Assembly (NCBI RefSeq): GCF_006345805.1
Contig: NC_043006.1
Coordinates: 85,808,001-85,872,000 of the forward strand
Length of the DNA: 64,000 nucleotides
Origin: Octopus sinensis
Taxonomy: Eukaryota
Direction: 5' to 3'
Part shown: positions 25,834-39,899 of the stretch, piece by piece
Layout: each line of letters begins with the position of its first letter
How positions within the stretch are numbered: position 1 is the stretch's first letter
Position numbers and translations under genes: made by a program
The notes under the pieces: generated by a model
What the model saw: only the letters and a program-made list of their open reading frames with translations
Told to the model about the DNA's origin: nothing
Databases searched by the model: none

Positions 25834-26053
25834 TCCTTTAGCATTTAATCCAGCCATATCTAGTCCAAATATTCTACTTGTTCTATGTTAAAGCCGACCA
25901 AATCCAACCTCTCACACTTACCCTACAATATCATTCTAAAAATATACAAACAAACCTTTGAAATCTTGAAGCTACAAGATAATCCACAATTGATTCAAAA
26001 CAAAGTGAATAAATAAACAATACATTTGACAAAGAAATCTGAATGCTAAAAGG
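25834..26053. mobile_element. TTAA-flanked MITE (piggyBac-type)
   Basis: TTAA on both sides; imperfect TIR (t)cctttagcatt / aatgctaaaagg. Confidence 0.7.
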
Positions 26054-29000
26054 TTAATAGTTGTCAACGCTGTGAATAACACAGAAATAACTTCAAATTT
26101 AAACAACATCCAAGCCACAATTTCCTAGTACTAAAACAATATCAAATATTTAACATCTTGCATATCAATATTCAATTTGTAGCATGAATCAGATAAATTA
26201 TGTAAATTTGGATATTTGCATAAATTGTTGGAGCCAATATTTTTTTTTACTAGGCATTAATCCTAATAAATACTTTCTCTGCAATGTAGGATAATTTAAG
26301 AGAAGAATGCAACCTTTAGATTGATAATTTAAAATGGGTGATTAAGAAATGAAAATATGAAAAATATTTGAGAAGTTTTCAATGGCTTGGCAAAGAAATG
26401 CCAAGCACCAATGAGTTTTCAAAAATGGCTGATGTATAACAGTGTTATAGTGGGTGTGTAGAGATGATACATCAGGGGTGCAAAACTGGCAGGGGTTTGT
26501 GATAAAAGGAGAAAGTGGAACAGACTTATGTCACAGGAATACAATTGAAGTAATGCTGAAATTAAGATAATTTATACAGTGGGGTCTGTATATAATCTGT
26601 TCCAGAGCCCTATTTGTTAACTAAATCCTTCATTGCGTGTTCAGTTGAAATATATATATATAAGAGTAATCCATTCCAAGTTACACCTGAACTCTAAGGA
26701 CATGAAATAGTTTTATTTGTCCATCTATCAATAACAAATATGCATTTGTATAAATATGTGTATGTGTGCATTTCTCTGTCTCAGTTCTACCATTTCTCTG
26801 TCTCAGTTCTCAGTTGTTTATAGCAAAAAATGAGAAGTGTTATTTTCTATATAAAATATGAAAATTCCCAAGTGACGTGAAATGCATACATGGGCTTTAT
26901 AGTGTACTATTCATATATGCTTTCTTAGCACTTGTATGCATGTGTAATCTGTTCATAGTTTGTTGATCAAATTTCATCTGAAGAAACTCCCAGTCACTTA
27001 ATCTGTTCATTGTTGATCAGATTTCAAGCTCATTGAGCACGCTTAATTTTCTTAAAAAAAAAAAAACATCCATTATTCGGTTTGTATATGAGTACTTAAC
27101 AGGATTAGAAAAAAGAGTAACTGATATGATTTTTTATCATTAAGTAACACTTCCAGACATATGCTGAGTGTTATTTGATATAAAGAAATCATAATAGAAA
27201 TTAACATTCTTGAATGTTTACATGGTTTAATAAACAGTAATAACTGCCAAACTAACTATTAATACTTTCATGTATAAAACAAGTGTTATGTGATCAGACA
27301 ACAGCTTCCTGTATCAAGTCATGTTTATTTCAATTACTATTATGCAGGCAAAGCGATATATTTGGAGACAATATATCAATAGAGCTAGTTGCTAGGCAGC
27401 AAGCCAACCACACCACACACACTAAAAATATTTTGTTTCACATTAAGAACTTGCATATAGTTCAAGATAGTTAGTACTTCAAAGACTGCAGGTACTTTTG
27501 GTACAAAAATTACTATTTATCATAAAAGCAGTAAGTCTAACCTTGCACACTACTTAATTATAATATAACTGTTCACAGTGATAATTGATGGTTCACTTTT
27601 GTGAACACCAACAGTGGTGATTTTATATTTCTTTTGCACCTAGCTATCAACATATCAGAAATATTATTGGAATTCCATATAGGAATTCCAACTAAGGTAT
27701 AGAAATATTCCTATTGGCAAGATTCAGATTACAAAAATATTCTACATTGATTTTAAGTCTGAAGTGAAAAAAATATATAAAAAGTACTAAAAGTAATTTT
27801 TTTAAAAAATGAAGTTAGACACCAAAATATCTATAAGAATATAGCTGCTTTCCCTTCTTACAGCTTGTGTGTTCAGTAAAAACTTTTATCTGATGATAGT
27901 AAACAATAGTATAGAGAACTATTAGTTGCTATCAATACCACCAGTTTTCATAAATGTTTCTCAACAGAAATTGGCACATCTGCCTCAAAAGTCTGTATTT
28001 CAGTTTGCAATAACACGATAGCTTTTATTTTGGTTTGCCAGATGGTAGCAGCACACAAATATCATTCACTTCAAAGTTGGGATCAAACTTTACTCTTTCG
28101 TATATAAGCTAGGCCTTAAGGTTTTTATGCACATAACAGAAAAACATTTTAATCTACCATGCTCTTCAGCATGGAAACTTTTTGTATAAAAAAAAAAAAC
28201 ATAGGTGACCATTGCTTGGCGATTTTGCTCAACAATTGGCATGAACACTCAGCTAGTTTGCCTGCCAGTTTTATCTGATAGGCACTTATAGCCTGTGCCC
28301 ACCAAGAATTGTCCAATCTTATGATGGGGCTTTGGTGACTATAAAAAAAAATTTTTTCCTACAATTACATTTCCAAAATCAGGGTGCATCTTCCATGATA
28401 CAGCATCAATCATGCCTTAAAATACAATAATAACAAACACTACAGTATAGCCTTAAATATATTTCTGATTGCTATGTGAATTCCAAGAACTAATCTAAGT
28501 TGTATAATAATAATAAGATTTAAAATCAAATCAATAATTGAGAAAGCAGTTGGAAATTAAATTTGAAAATAGATTATGAAGCTGCCTTACTGAAATGTCT
28601 GACAGCTGGTTCTAAATATCATCATCTGGAATTTTTCAAGCAGAACCATGTCAAATGAGATATGGTTGTAATATATGAAAATCTAAACAGTAAAGTTGTT
28701 TTAGACAAAAGAAACACTTCAACAGTGAGACTCACACATATAGTAGCAGAGAATGTTATAATGTCATTAACTACAGGGATGATGGCAAGATTTCATCTAG
28801 TAGTTTTCACTCCTTAGAGAAAAAAAATTAGGAAGGTTCCTAATGAATTTTTCTTCTATAGTTTTAATGACTGAAAAAGCCAGCTTGACATGTATACACT
28901 TATCGAGTTTACTCACAATAACAAAACTACAAGCAAAAGATAACACTATCATTATTCAAGCATATTAATAGAATAATTAAAACATCGCTAGTGAAATGCC

Positions 29001-29413
29001 TGAAACAATTAATAAAAGCAGAGAAATAGAATATGTATGTTGCTAACTTCAGACATAAACTTGCATTTAACAAGCTAGATATGTTTTTGGGATTGTTTGT
29101 GTCAAATAAAGGATAGGCTTTCCTTCTTTATATAATCAGTTGAAGTTGGAATGTACTTAAAGCATAGAAATTTCCGATTATAAAGCTGGTCAGCTGATAT
29201 AAGTTATCTTCAATAAAAATGTCACTCTTATGTTGTGACAGTATATAAATTAGACTTATAGAAATTCATTAATTATTTCATCCAAAAACAATTTACATTT
29301 TCTGATTTCAACATCAGTTGATGATATGTACTCTTCTTGCAAAACCAGAATTAAAATCTCCGACACATAAGAAAATGCAACTATATCAGTAGATAATACA
29401 GAAAATGTTTTAA

Positions 29414-29620
29414 CCCTTTTGTTACCAAATTTCTGTTGAAATACACTGCCTTTATTTAAGTTTGAAAATCATGAAGACTTTTGTAAAATAACAGACCTTA
29501 TCATGCTGATACTTGAAACATAAATTAACATAAAATTTTATTAGGTTTTATAATTTAGATCACTTAAAAGTTTGTATCACAGAACCAGGAGTGGTTTTAG
29601 GTGGATTGGAATCAAAAAGG
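29414..29620. mobile_element. piggyBac-type MITE
   Basis: TTAA-CCCTTTTGTTACC...ATCAAAAAGG-TTAC. Related partial copies near 4950-5170, 8585-8779 and 9755-9916. Confidence 0.65.
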
Positions 29621-30474
29621 TTACAAGTTTTACAAGAGAAGTTTGACTGCATTATAAGATTGTTTCAGTGATTGATAAAGTAGGAGATATAAAATGTATA
29701 ACATTAAATACCAAAAACATCTAAATTGTTTTTTGTATAAATGTATAATATCTAAGATGAGAACAAACGATTATGATTAAAATTAATGAACATCATTTCC
29801 TTTTCATGTCATTAAGGATTAAAACAACACAGCTTGACTTCTGACACGTCTTACACCAACTAGAAATATATATTCAATCCAGTTTGTCTCCTTTGCTGGA
29901 AGTTGTTTTTAGTGGTTACAAACATGAGTGAAGAGAGAACTAAAATTTGAAAGATATTAGATATAGCAATATCTTCAGAATTCACTCAGAAATCAACAAA
30001 ACCTCTTTAATAAAATAAGTAGGTCAATTCCTATTCAGTGCTACTTAGAAAGATTTCAAGACAATTATTACAAGGCATCACTTTAAATTACATTTCAATA
30101 GTAATCCATTTTAACTACCCATTGAAACAATAAAGTTAATGACACAAATTGAAGTCAATCAAATAATACATATAACAAAAGCTAGTTTATATATTTACTA
30201 ATCAACATCAATGTTGTAGAAATTAATTCATTAATTTACCTACACATCTAGAATAAAAATAAACCTAGAAGTTATGTTCTAATCAGTCCAAAATTAAAGC
30301 AACACTAATTGAAATGTTTATAATTTAATAGGTGGAAACTTGAATGCGGCTACAGCTGAGAATCAGATCTCATTTTTAGCTCTCTTAATTAACAGGCAAT
30401 TCAACCTCTCAAATTTCTTGTATATTGTCATGGGATACATAGATTGGTAGGTAGACAGATAAGTAGGTAGGTAT

Positions 30475-30830
30475 AAATACTGTTTCAGTCATTAGACTGC
30501 AGCCATGCTGGGGCACTACCTTGAAGAATTTTAATTGAACAAACCAATCCCAGTACTAATCTTTTTAAGCTGGATACTTATTCTATAACTATCTTTTGCC
30601 AGACTGCTAAGTTACAGAGGATGTAGACAAAACAGCAGTTGTCAAGTGGTGGTGGGGGACAAACACACACGACGGGCTTCTTTCAGTTTCCATCTAAATC
30701 CATCCACTCGAAAGGCTATGGTTAGCCCAAGGCTACAGTAGAAGACACTTGCCCAAGGTGCTACACAGTGGGACTGAACCTGGAACCATGTGGTTCGGAA
30801 GCAAACTGCTTACCACACAGACATATCTGC
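30475..30830 (-). mobile_element. SINE type A
   Basis: Similarity to 48862-49279. Confidence 0.9.
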
Positions 30831-31541
30831 ACCTATATATCATATATATTATTTCCTTTTCATATACTAATTACTGATCAATTATCCCTCAGTTACTGTC
30901 ATAAAATAGCAATGCATGATACAGAGTCCTTTTGATGGCTAATAAAGATTATTTTCATTCCATTACTTTTTATATTTCTAAAATACTTTTAACAGCTGAA
31001 TGCCTTATTTATTGTTTCACTTTAACAAAGATATTAATACATTAATGATACACTATTCAATTTATCCACACCTGAAACTCAACCTTGTGTAGAGTTTTCA
31101 GTGAAACTGAATAGGCCTCTTGGTTCTACACAAAAACGTATGTACATATCTGAGTGACAATTCTTACAACAATAAAAGTAAAAAAGGAAAAGAAAACTCA
31201 GCAGTGGACATGTATCCGAGAATGAAAGCAGAAAAGTTTGCTAAGTGGCCATTTTTTAAAGACATCTAGACTGTACATGTGCACAGAATATGCATAGTTC
31301 CAGTTGTGTAAACAATGCTATGTTATGCAGCAGTTATAAGTAGTGCCTCACATAGTGTAACTTACTTAAAGATGAAATAGAATCTAGCTATGAAAAGGAA
31401 ACTGTGAGTGCTACAATCTTTGCTATCTACAGATATAAAATAATTATGAAAAGTATCCAGAATTTTAAAAAATTTTACTGGATTTAACCTGGATTGTCTA
31501 TAGCTTTTGCAGTCCCTCTGAGATGAGTGTAATTGACTCAC

Positions 31542-31570
31542 ATTTTTCTTAAACAGCTGCAAGCTGATGC
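31542..31570 (-). other. Candidate 29-nt exon (coding status and frame unknown)
   Basis: Near-ideal acceptor ttttttcttttcctgtag and donor AT|gtgagt; two frames open (ASACSCLRK.. or .ISLQLFKKN). Confidence 0.45.
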
Positions 31571-34500
31571 CTACAGGAAAAGAAAAAATTGTACTGGGTG
31601 ACAATTCCAGAGTCAATGTTCTAGTACAGATGAGTGTGTGGGGATGAGAGGTGAAGGGTTGAGGAAGAGGGATACATTATGGGTAACAAGAGAAGGATAA
31701 ACAAGTTAGGTGTGACACATGCGACTAGCTAGCTGTTAGGAGCAGAGGCCACTGTAGTCACAAGAGAGGAAACAGCATGTCTGTACATTAGAGCTTGTTG
31801 GAGAGCAACTTAGCCAGTCATTTAGAAAGCCTTTCCTTGGATGTGTTGCAGCAGCATCCCAGATGTGGGAGAAGTATTTTGGAGTTCCCTAAAGTTTGTA
31901 ATGGGTTAGTACTTGTATGTAAAACATTTGCTGAAATATTTTCTGGCTCTGGAAAGGAATAAGATGTTTCCTTGCTATGTGCAATGATAGTTGTTGAAAG
32001 AAACATGATTGGCATGACCCAATTAGAGACTGTCTTTGGGGTTGCTTCATGAAGTCAATTGCAAGTTAGGTGTGAGGTATCTAGGTTGCATATGGGTGGT
32101 GCTCGGGTGTAGGTTAGGAAGGTGTGATAGTAGTATAATCTGCCTGAACAAGGATATTGGTGAAGTGACAGCATGTAGATCATTGATTTCAAAGAGGAAA
32201 AATGGGGCAGCAGAAAAGATAGCAAACCTGTTTAATCCCATAGTATATGGTCAAATGTATTCAACTCACAACTATTTCATATTGACAGTTCATTTTGAAC
32301 TACATTATACAGTGGATTCTTTTTTAAGAAGATGCAAGTTGAAAGATTTGGTTGCTATTTCTAGTAAATGAGTGACCAGTAGATGGTTCCCTCTTTTGCT
32401 TAATAACAGTAAATAGTTCATTTATGCAGAAGATAGTAAAAGAAACTCCAATAAATGACAGCAATCTTCAGTTAATTAATGAGTGAAACCTACCAAGACA
32501 CATTTATCACAATATTTATACAAGAAATAACTGATGGCTTTGTAAAAGGAAAGAGAAAATATTTGCATCCAGACATGAAGGCAACTAAATAGTTTACAAA
32601 ACTTGCAGATTTATACAAAAATCTACAAAATATAAAAATGAAATTTAAACAAAATGTTAAACTGTATTAATATTTTTAATCCATTTTCATTATACATTTA
32701 AAATTGATACCAAAGCTTTTGTTTTCAACTTAATTTTTCCTCTGCTTTAAATAAAAGCACCAAAAAATTGATTTCCTATAATATGCAAATTTAAAAAAAA
32801 TGTAGTAGCAGAAATTCTTTCAAAAGTTTAAATATATGGTTTTCAGTGGAAAATCTTGCAGCATTTTAGCTATTGGCAGCATCATTCCTAAATGTCATAT
32901 CTCTACTGAAATCCACTTCAGGAGACAGATGCGAAATGTAACTGACTACTTTTGTCAATCTTCACTTTCCTACAGATATTTTTTAAAAGAACTTTCTTAT
33001 TCTACATTAGAATTTTAATGTGAGGAAGATAGATAAAGCTTTTTTTCAATTAAATATGCTTCAAATTTTAACATTACACTAGCTACATGAATATTGTTGA
33101 GAGTATGGCGACAATAAAACGATGGCTTTAAATTGATACATTATTAAAATTATTGATCTTAGTCTCCAAACTCCAGTCAGCATTCATTAGTCTTAGAATA
33201 ACAATGAACCAGAATGCCATATTAAAGATTTTTAACTCAGACACAAGGGAACACATTCTGGAAGAGGGAATAGACAGTTACATTAATCAAAGCCTGGAAG
33301 GATGAAAGCAATTTAACAGGCTGTATTTGTAAAAGGATGAAAGTAAATACTGCAATGCATTTTAGTCCATCACTTTACCAATTCTGCCAGCCAAAAAAAC
33401 AAGCAAGGTACTTGCTTGAGAAGTTTGCTTTACAAATGCATTTGATTCTACTGTATAGCACTATAGCTTTGAAAATGGAATCTGGTACAGAGAAGCTATG
33501 CTGAAGCTCAAGGTGTATGTGGATGCATACATGCATGTGCACTTGTAATTATGTATGTGTGCTTTTAATTTTCACTGATAGGTGTGAGCAAATGATGTTT
33601 GCTGAGAAATGCATAAAGTTACTTTTTGTCAATGATGTCCCTTAGAATATTTATTCATCACCAAATCCTGTGACATTCCTTTGTCAACTCTTCAATCATA
33701 AACAAACCAATGATGGAACCATTGGGAACCTATAGTTAATGATGCTATTATTCACTAATTACAAAATATAAAAAGACACCATCATCTCCTCCTCTCATTA
33801 ACTATGTGTCTTTTCTCTCCCTCCCTAAACCTCACCCTATGTTTTTTCAACTTACAATAATTCCCCTGCTTCAAACTCAGTCTTCCTTTTGACGTGCCAT
33901 ATACTAAAGAAAATGCCAAAAATGATGAGAAGTTGTGATATTAAATAGACCTCTCATCCAAGGTATTCCATCCATGGCCATCCTAACATTTTTGGGAATG
34001 TTTAGGACTAGTTAATGTGCTCTATACACACACACACAAAGACAGATAAGCTGTGAAGACTTATAGCATGTTATTTGTAGCAGGTCAAGAAACCACAGTG
34101 GTACTGTCTCAAGAGACAGGAAATTGGCTCTGTGATAAAGAGCAGAGCAAGAATAGATATTCATCGATACAAGTTTCTATAGCTTGTATTTCTGCATTTG
34201 CACCTTGCTATCTTTCACATATCAAGGTCAGTGAGTACTAACTGAACATTTAAAAACTACATATTATCATCTTGCTACCCACCACATAATAAAGCTAGAC
34301 ATGTTTTCCTCGCAGCAACTGTATGTTGCATAAGCAGAGTGTCTGGTAGCAAATAGAATCAGCAATGTATTTTTAAAACTCATTAGTTAGTCTTTATTGG
34401 CAGTGCTTAAAAGCTTGTGCATCACTAACAAACAAATATGACCTAGTAGCTTGTAACTATGCTTTTGCTAATTGCTTAAATGTTCCAATATAATCGTGAT

Positions 34501-35063
34501 GAGAGTTTCTCAACCCATTCATCTTTGACCCAATGGAACACTAGGGATGTGCCAGCTAGACGGAGAGAGGGCTACACTAGCAGTCATTTGGTATTTTCAG
34601 CTTAGCAAACTGAAACAAAGTGAAGTTAGGGTTACTTAAACACATGCCACCAAGTTCAGAAATCATAGCCACAATCTTAAGATCAACACACTAATCACCA
34701 GGCTATATATTTTCAGTCAGAATTAAAAAGCAAGCACCTGTAATTCAGGCTGTTCTGAGATATATCAGAAATACTTTTCAATGCTTTTTGCACATCTGCA
34801 CATTGTTGTAGTGAGTTTGCACCAGAACATACAAAAGTCCAGTGTCCATGTCAGTGATCCAAGTTAAAATTACAAATTTAAAAATCTTTCTGGTTGAATT
34901 TTAAACCCTTATCTTAAGATTCTTGCTCATATCTACATTGTAATTGAGTATAAAATTATTTTCTTTTAATGTCTTTCAATAGCTGAAGAGATATTGCCTT
35001 TCAAAGGCAGGATCAACTTAATCACAATTCAAAGAAAATATTTTCTTTATCAAAATCAAATTC

Positions 35064-35565
35064 GATGACTGGCGTCCGTGCTAGCGGGGTGCAAAGAGCA
35101 CCATACGAGTGTGATCATTGACAGAGCGGCTTACCGGCTTCCGTGCCATTCGAGCGTGATCGTTACCAGCGTCGCCTTACTGGCCCTCGAGTCCCGTGCT
35201 AGTAGAGTATTAAGAGCACCATCCGAGCATGATCGTTGCCAGAGCGGCTATCTAGCCTCCATGCCAGTGGCACGTAAATGACACCATTCAAGCGTGATCG
35301 TTACCAGCATCACCTACTGGCACCTTTGCCGGTGGCAGGTGTAAAAGATTCGAGCAAGGGCGTTGCCAGTACCACCTGACTGGCATGTAAAAGCACCCAC
35401 TACACTCTCGGAGTGGTTGGTGTTAGGAAGGGCATCCAGCTGTAGAAACTCTGCCAGATCAAGATTGAAGCCTGGTGCAGCCATCTGGTTCGTCAGCCCT
35501 CAGTCATTCGTCCAACCCATGCTAGCATGGAAAGCGGACGTTAAACGATGATGATGATGATGATG
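35064..35565 (+). mobile_element. 3'-UTR-only copy of the RTE LINE with (GAT)n tail
   Basis: Homologous to 62637-62907; ends ...gcggacgttaaac(gat)n; CpG-rich (young). Confidence 0.9.
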
Positions 35566-35669
35566 TGAAAACAATTACGTTGATACATTTTTAAGTAACA
35601 AATTAGTGAAAACATCACCTGCTCAACCTACCCTTGTAATTTTGTTCTTCCACCTAATAATAATTTTAA

Positions 35670-36355
35670 TTTTTGACACAAGGACTGCAATTTTAGGAAG
35701 AAATAGGTCAATTATATCAACCCTAAAAGGATGAAATCAAAGATGACCTCAGAACTGAAAGAGAAGAAATGCCACTAAGCATTTTGAGTATGAAGTCTAA
35801 AATTCCAAACCCTAACCTAACCCAGATCAGGTCATTTCACAATATAGACTACAGATACTGTGGAAGACCACATGCTAAAGTAACACTGCATTTTGTCCAA
35901 GCTATTGATTCTGCCAGCTTGCCACCACCTTATAATAATCCTTTCTACAATAGGCACAAGGGCTGAAATCTGGGAGAAGGGGCTAGTTAATTACATCCAC
36001 CTCAGTACTTAACTGGTACTTATTTCACTGACCTCAAAACAATGAAAGGCAAAAATCAACTTCAGCAGAATTTGGACCCCATATGTAAATACAAACCAAA
36101 TGCCAATAAGCATTTGGTCCAGTGTGCTAATGATTCTGCCAACTCGCCATTTTAATAATAATGGTCCTTTTACTATAGGTACAAGGTCTGAAATTTCAGA
36201 GGAGGGGCTAATCAATTACATTGAACCCAGTGCTCAACTGTACTGATTACAAAAGGATGAAAGACAAAATCAATCTTGGTAGATTTGAACTCAGAACATA
36301 AAGCCAGAAATGTCATGAAGCATTGTGTCCAGCATGCTAACTATTCTGCAAGATC
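35670..36355 (-). mobile_element. Tandem array of three tRNA-derived SINE (type C) units
   Basis: Three ~230-270-bp related units (ggcacaagg.ctgaaat...ggtacttattt...aaaggatgaaag.caaa.tcaacct...gaatttgaac...atgattctgcca) separated by (AAT)n. A CpG-intact copy at ~41630-41790 shows A-box-like TAGCGGAATCGG and B-box-like GTTTCGAATCC on the minus strand. Confidence 0.7.
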
Positions 36356-38669
36356 ATTATTATTATTATAATAAAGGACAGTTCATTTTCCAATGTACAG
36401 TATTTCATTTTATCCCTGCATTCCTATATGATTAGGCTGGTTTGTGTGGGTTTGGAAAGACAGGAAGTTCATTGTAAAGTAGAAACACATGACCAGTGGA
36501 AGGAGGGAGTAAGATTGTATAAGTGATAAGATAAAATGAGTGAGGATAGGAAAACAAGTAGTTAATGACAAATGGGATATGAGGATGTAATTTTACATAG
36601 CAACTGGTAATACACATATTATATACTCATTGTCTTCTTATCAAGAATTTTACTTCAATGCAGTTCTATATTATTCTTTAAAACTAAATCTCTCTGGAAC
36701 ACACACATTCTCATTAAATACTGACCTATAACAATTCAGACTTAAAACTAAAACATTGACGCTATCTTAAGTCAATATACATTTTTAACTACAGACTATA
36801 GTATAGCATAAAAACTAAATGTTCAACGCAAGTTCAATTTCCAGTATGGATATTTTACTTTTCCACCAACATTTTTAGGCAAGACATATCACAATTCCAA
36901 TTTCTTGACATGAAGCCTAATGGATCCTTATGAAGAGTTGAGTAATCAACAATTTATCACACTAGTACACTGGTAAAAATAAACCTTCAACAAAATATTG
37001 TCTCAGTCTAAAATCCTTCGACATTTCCTCTTCAGGTCAACATCTTTCTAACCTATTTTTACTAACTTCCCAAATAATTACATTACTATTTAAATTATCC
37101 TTCAGTAACTGAGCGCTCTTAGGTCTAGATGTCATTTCAACATTTTTTTTTAATGATTTTTTTTACATTTACTTTTCTGAACTAGTATGGGTTGGAAAGG
37201 TTTGTTTCAACATACCATTTCCCTCTTTCATGTAATCCATTGTAAAAGGTCCAGCATCCTGAGATCACCTGCATCTTCAAGCTCCTCCCATTTGTATTGA
37301 CACTTTTTCTCTCAAACCATCATTTTTTTCATATTCAATATGTCCATACATACACTATATTCTGTACTGCACAGGGTAATGCACCTAGTTCGCAATTATT
37401 TTTCCCTTAGCTCATGTGTTGCATTGGTCATGCAGGGTGACATCACCCATCCACTGGAGCCCACTTAGCTAATTTATTTCCAGCCTTCATATACTTTCCA
37501 CATTCAACATCAATGCCTTGATAGCAGACAATATTGCACATTGTGCATAGACACAAGTGTAGGTGTGTGGTTAATAAGTTTACTTCTCAACTACATGCTT
37601 TTGAACTCAGTCCCACTATTGTGCCTTGAGCAAGTGTCTTCTACTCTAAGAGGCCAACTAAAACCTTGTGAGTGGATTTAGTTGTCAAAGACTGAAAGAA
37701 GTCTGTTGTGTGTATGCAGCATATGTCTCATCTTGACAGTGACTTGTAAATGACTGGCAATCATTTCCAATATTCTTTGAAAACATGTCTGACATGGGTA
37801 AATATCTTATTTGGAAATAAAGGCTTAGCATCAGGAAGGTCATTTGGTCATAAAAAATCTGACTTAAAATTCATTCAAAAATGGGCTTCAAAATGACATG
37901 AGCATCATACATTTAGTACGCCTTTCAGATGTAGAAGCTCTTTATTGTAAACATAAATAATAGCTCTCCAAATCTTTTTTACACTCCCACTGTTACTCCA
38001 GCTACTATGTTTTTACAACACAAACCTCCACTGCTAAATTAGGTCACCTAGGTCTAGGAAGCTATCAACTATTTCTATTGAGTTTTCTAGGCAATGAGAA
38101 AAAGTTATTACAAAGCCTTCCATATGAATGAAGATGTCCCTGACACTGGAATAATGACCAGACACTGCAAGTTATACAGTAAAAAAGTGGAGGAGGAGAA
38201 CAAGCCAAAATTGACAAAAGAATGAGAAAACTTCAAAGACTATTCAAAATAACCTTTGCAACCATCAGAATAAGCAAGCAAAACAACTATAACTTCCTAT
38301 GAAAGAAATAAAATATTGTATTTTAAGGTACATGGCCAAGTGATTACTATCATGAGATTGTAAGTTCAATTTCTGGGCCAGGTGGCTTTCATTCCATATT
38401 CCAGTCTACACAGCTGAAAAGGAGTATAGCCAAGTTCTGGTGTAACTACCCCCACCCTACTTCCATCTACAATATCCTCAAATGTTCCCCTGGGTCCAGA
38501 ATGGGAAACTTTATATGGCACCTAAGGCAATTAATGAAATTGGTACATACTACCAATTCACACTCACTCATGGATGACAGCAATGGGCACAATTTGAATG
38601 TGGCTTTGGTCAATTTCAAGTTACATCCTTTTTCTTTAATTTCTTTCATTCATTAGACTAGGGCTATGC

Positions 38670-38960
38670 TGATGCACTGCCTCAAATGGTTTAGTCAAAT
38701 CAACCCCAGTACTTACTTTTTAGGCCTAGAGCATATTTTATATGTCTCTTTCTGCCAAACCATTAAGTTACTGAGATATAAACCATCACCGGTTGTCAAG
38801 TGGGAGATGCACACACACACACAAACAAGCTTCTTTCAATTTCCATCTACCAAATCCACAAAGTTTTGGTTGGCTCAGGGCTGCAGTAGAAGAAATTTGT
38901 CCAAGGTACCACACTATGGGACTGAACCCACAAACAATGTGGTTGAAAAAAGCAAGCTGT
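38670..38960 (-). mobile_element. SINE type A
   Basis: Similarity to 48862-49279. Confidence 0.85.
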
Positions 38961-39899
38961 AAGACATCTCTGAACTCTCCATAGCATTCAGTAGAGAGAG
39001 CCAGAAATTTATAAGCTCATGCATGACCATATAGCAAAGAAATTCACCCACTGTTTCAGAACTTTGAATAAGTTCCTTTTACCACAGATTTCAGTTGAGC
39101 TAAAGCTTCTAAGTGAAAATGAATAGAGGCAAATTGTAGAAACATTCAGTGGATTCTATCCGTTTTGATGTAGTTGACTTGTTTGTGGAGTGAAAGTTTA
39201 CTTCCCAACCACAGTTTTGTGTCGTCACACAATGGGCAGGTGTCTTCTATCACACTGGACCAACTAAAGCCTTATATATGTGTATGTTTGCATCTCCTTG
39301 TAAAAAGTACTATGTGAACATAGCATGACTGGTCTTTACCATAGTCATCTTTCGTGGCATGTATTCAAACCGAGTTTCTAACAAGTGCTCTCTTCCAAAG
39401 TTACTCAGACCCTACAAAAGTCGTGGGTAACTGCTCTTCCACGTATAAGCAAGCCATAATTAAGACATACAAACAAAAAGCATACCAGGTTACTTGGGAT
39501 TTTATTATTTCACTGCAATAAAGTGTTCATGTCAGTGTGTACATCCTGTCCACCAAATTATAACTTGTGACATATTCAAGAGTAGTGCTTTATAGTTTTC
39601 AAATGACGACACACCAATTTGTATCTGATTACAAAATCCTGTAATCATGGGAATACAATGCCCCCAGTCAGATTTGATTTTGAAATGATCACCCCCTTTC
39701 GCTAACAAGTAACCCCTAGGTTTATATTTTCTTTCTATAAGAGGCAATTTTAAATACTGAATCTTTTGGCTTACATCATTCAGTACATTAACGGTTAAAC
39801 TACGTAAAATTGATGTCATTGGTCCACTTGAGTTACCTCCCTTGGTTCATTCATATACAATCTAACGAAAACAAAAACAGCCAGTAATCTAGATCCAAA

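Noticed and set aside
26768-27030. Short direct duplications (20-bp catttctctgtctcagttct x2; taatctgttca..tgttgatca x2)
   Set aside because: Ordinary slippage-type duplications
35064-36355. CRISPR-like repeat arrays
   Set aside because: Eukaryotic context. The repeats are LINE 3' UTR modules and SINE multimers without unique equal-length spacers, and no cas genes are present.
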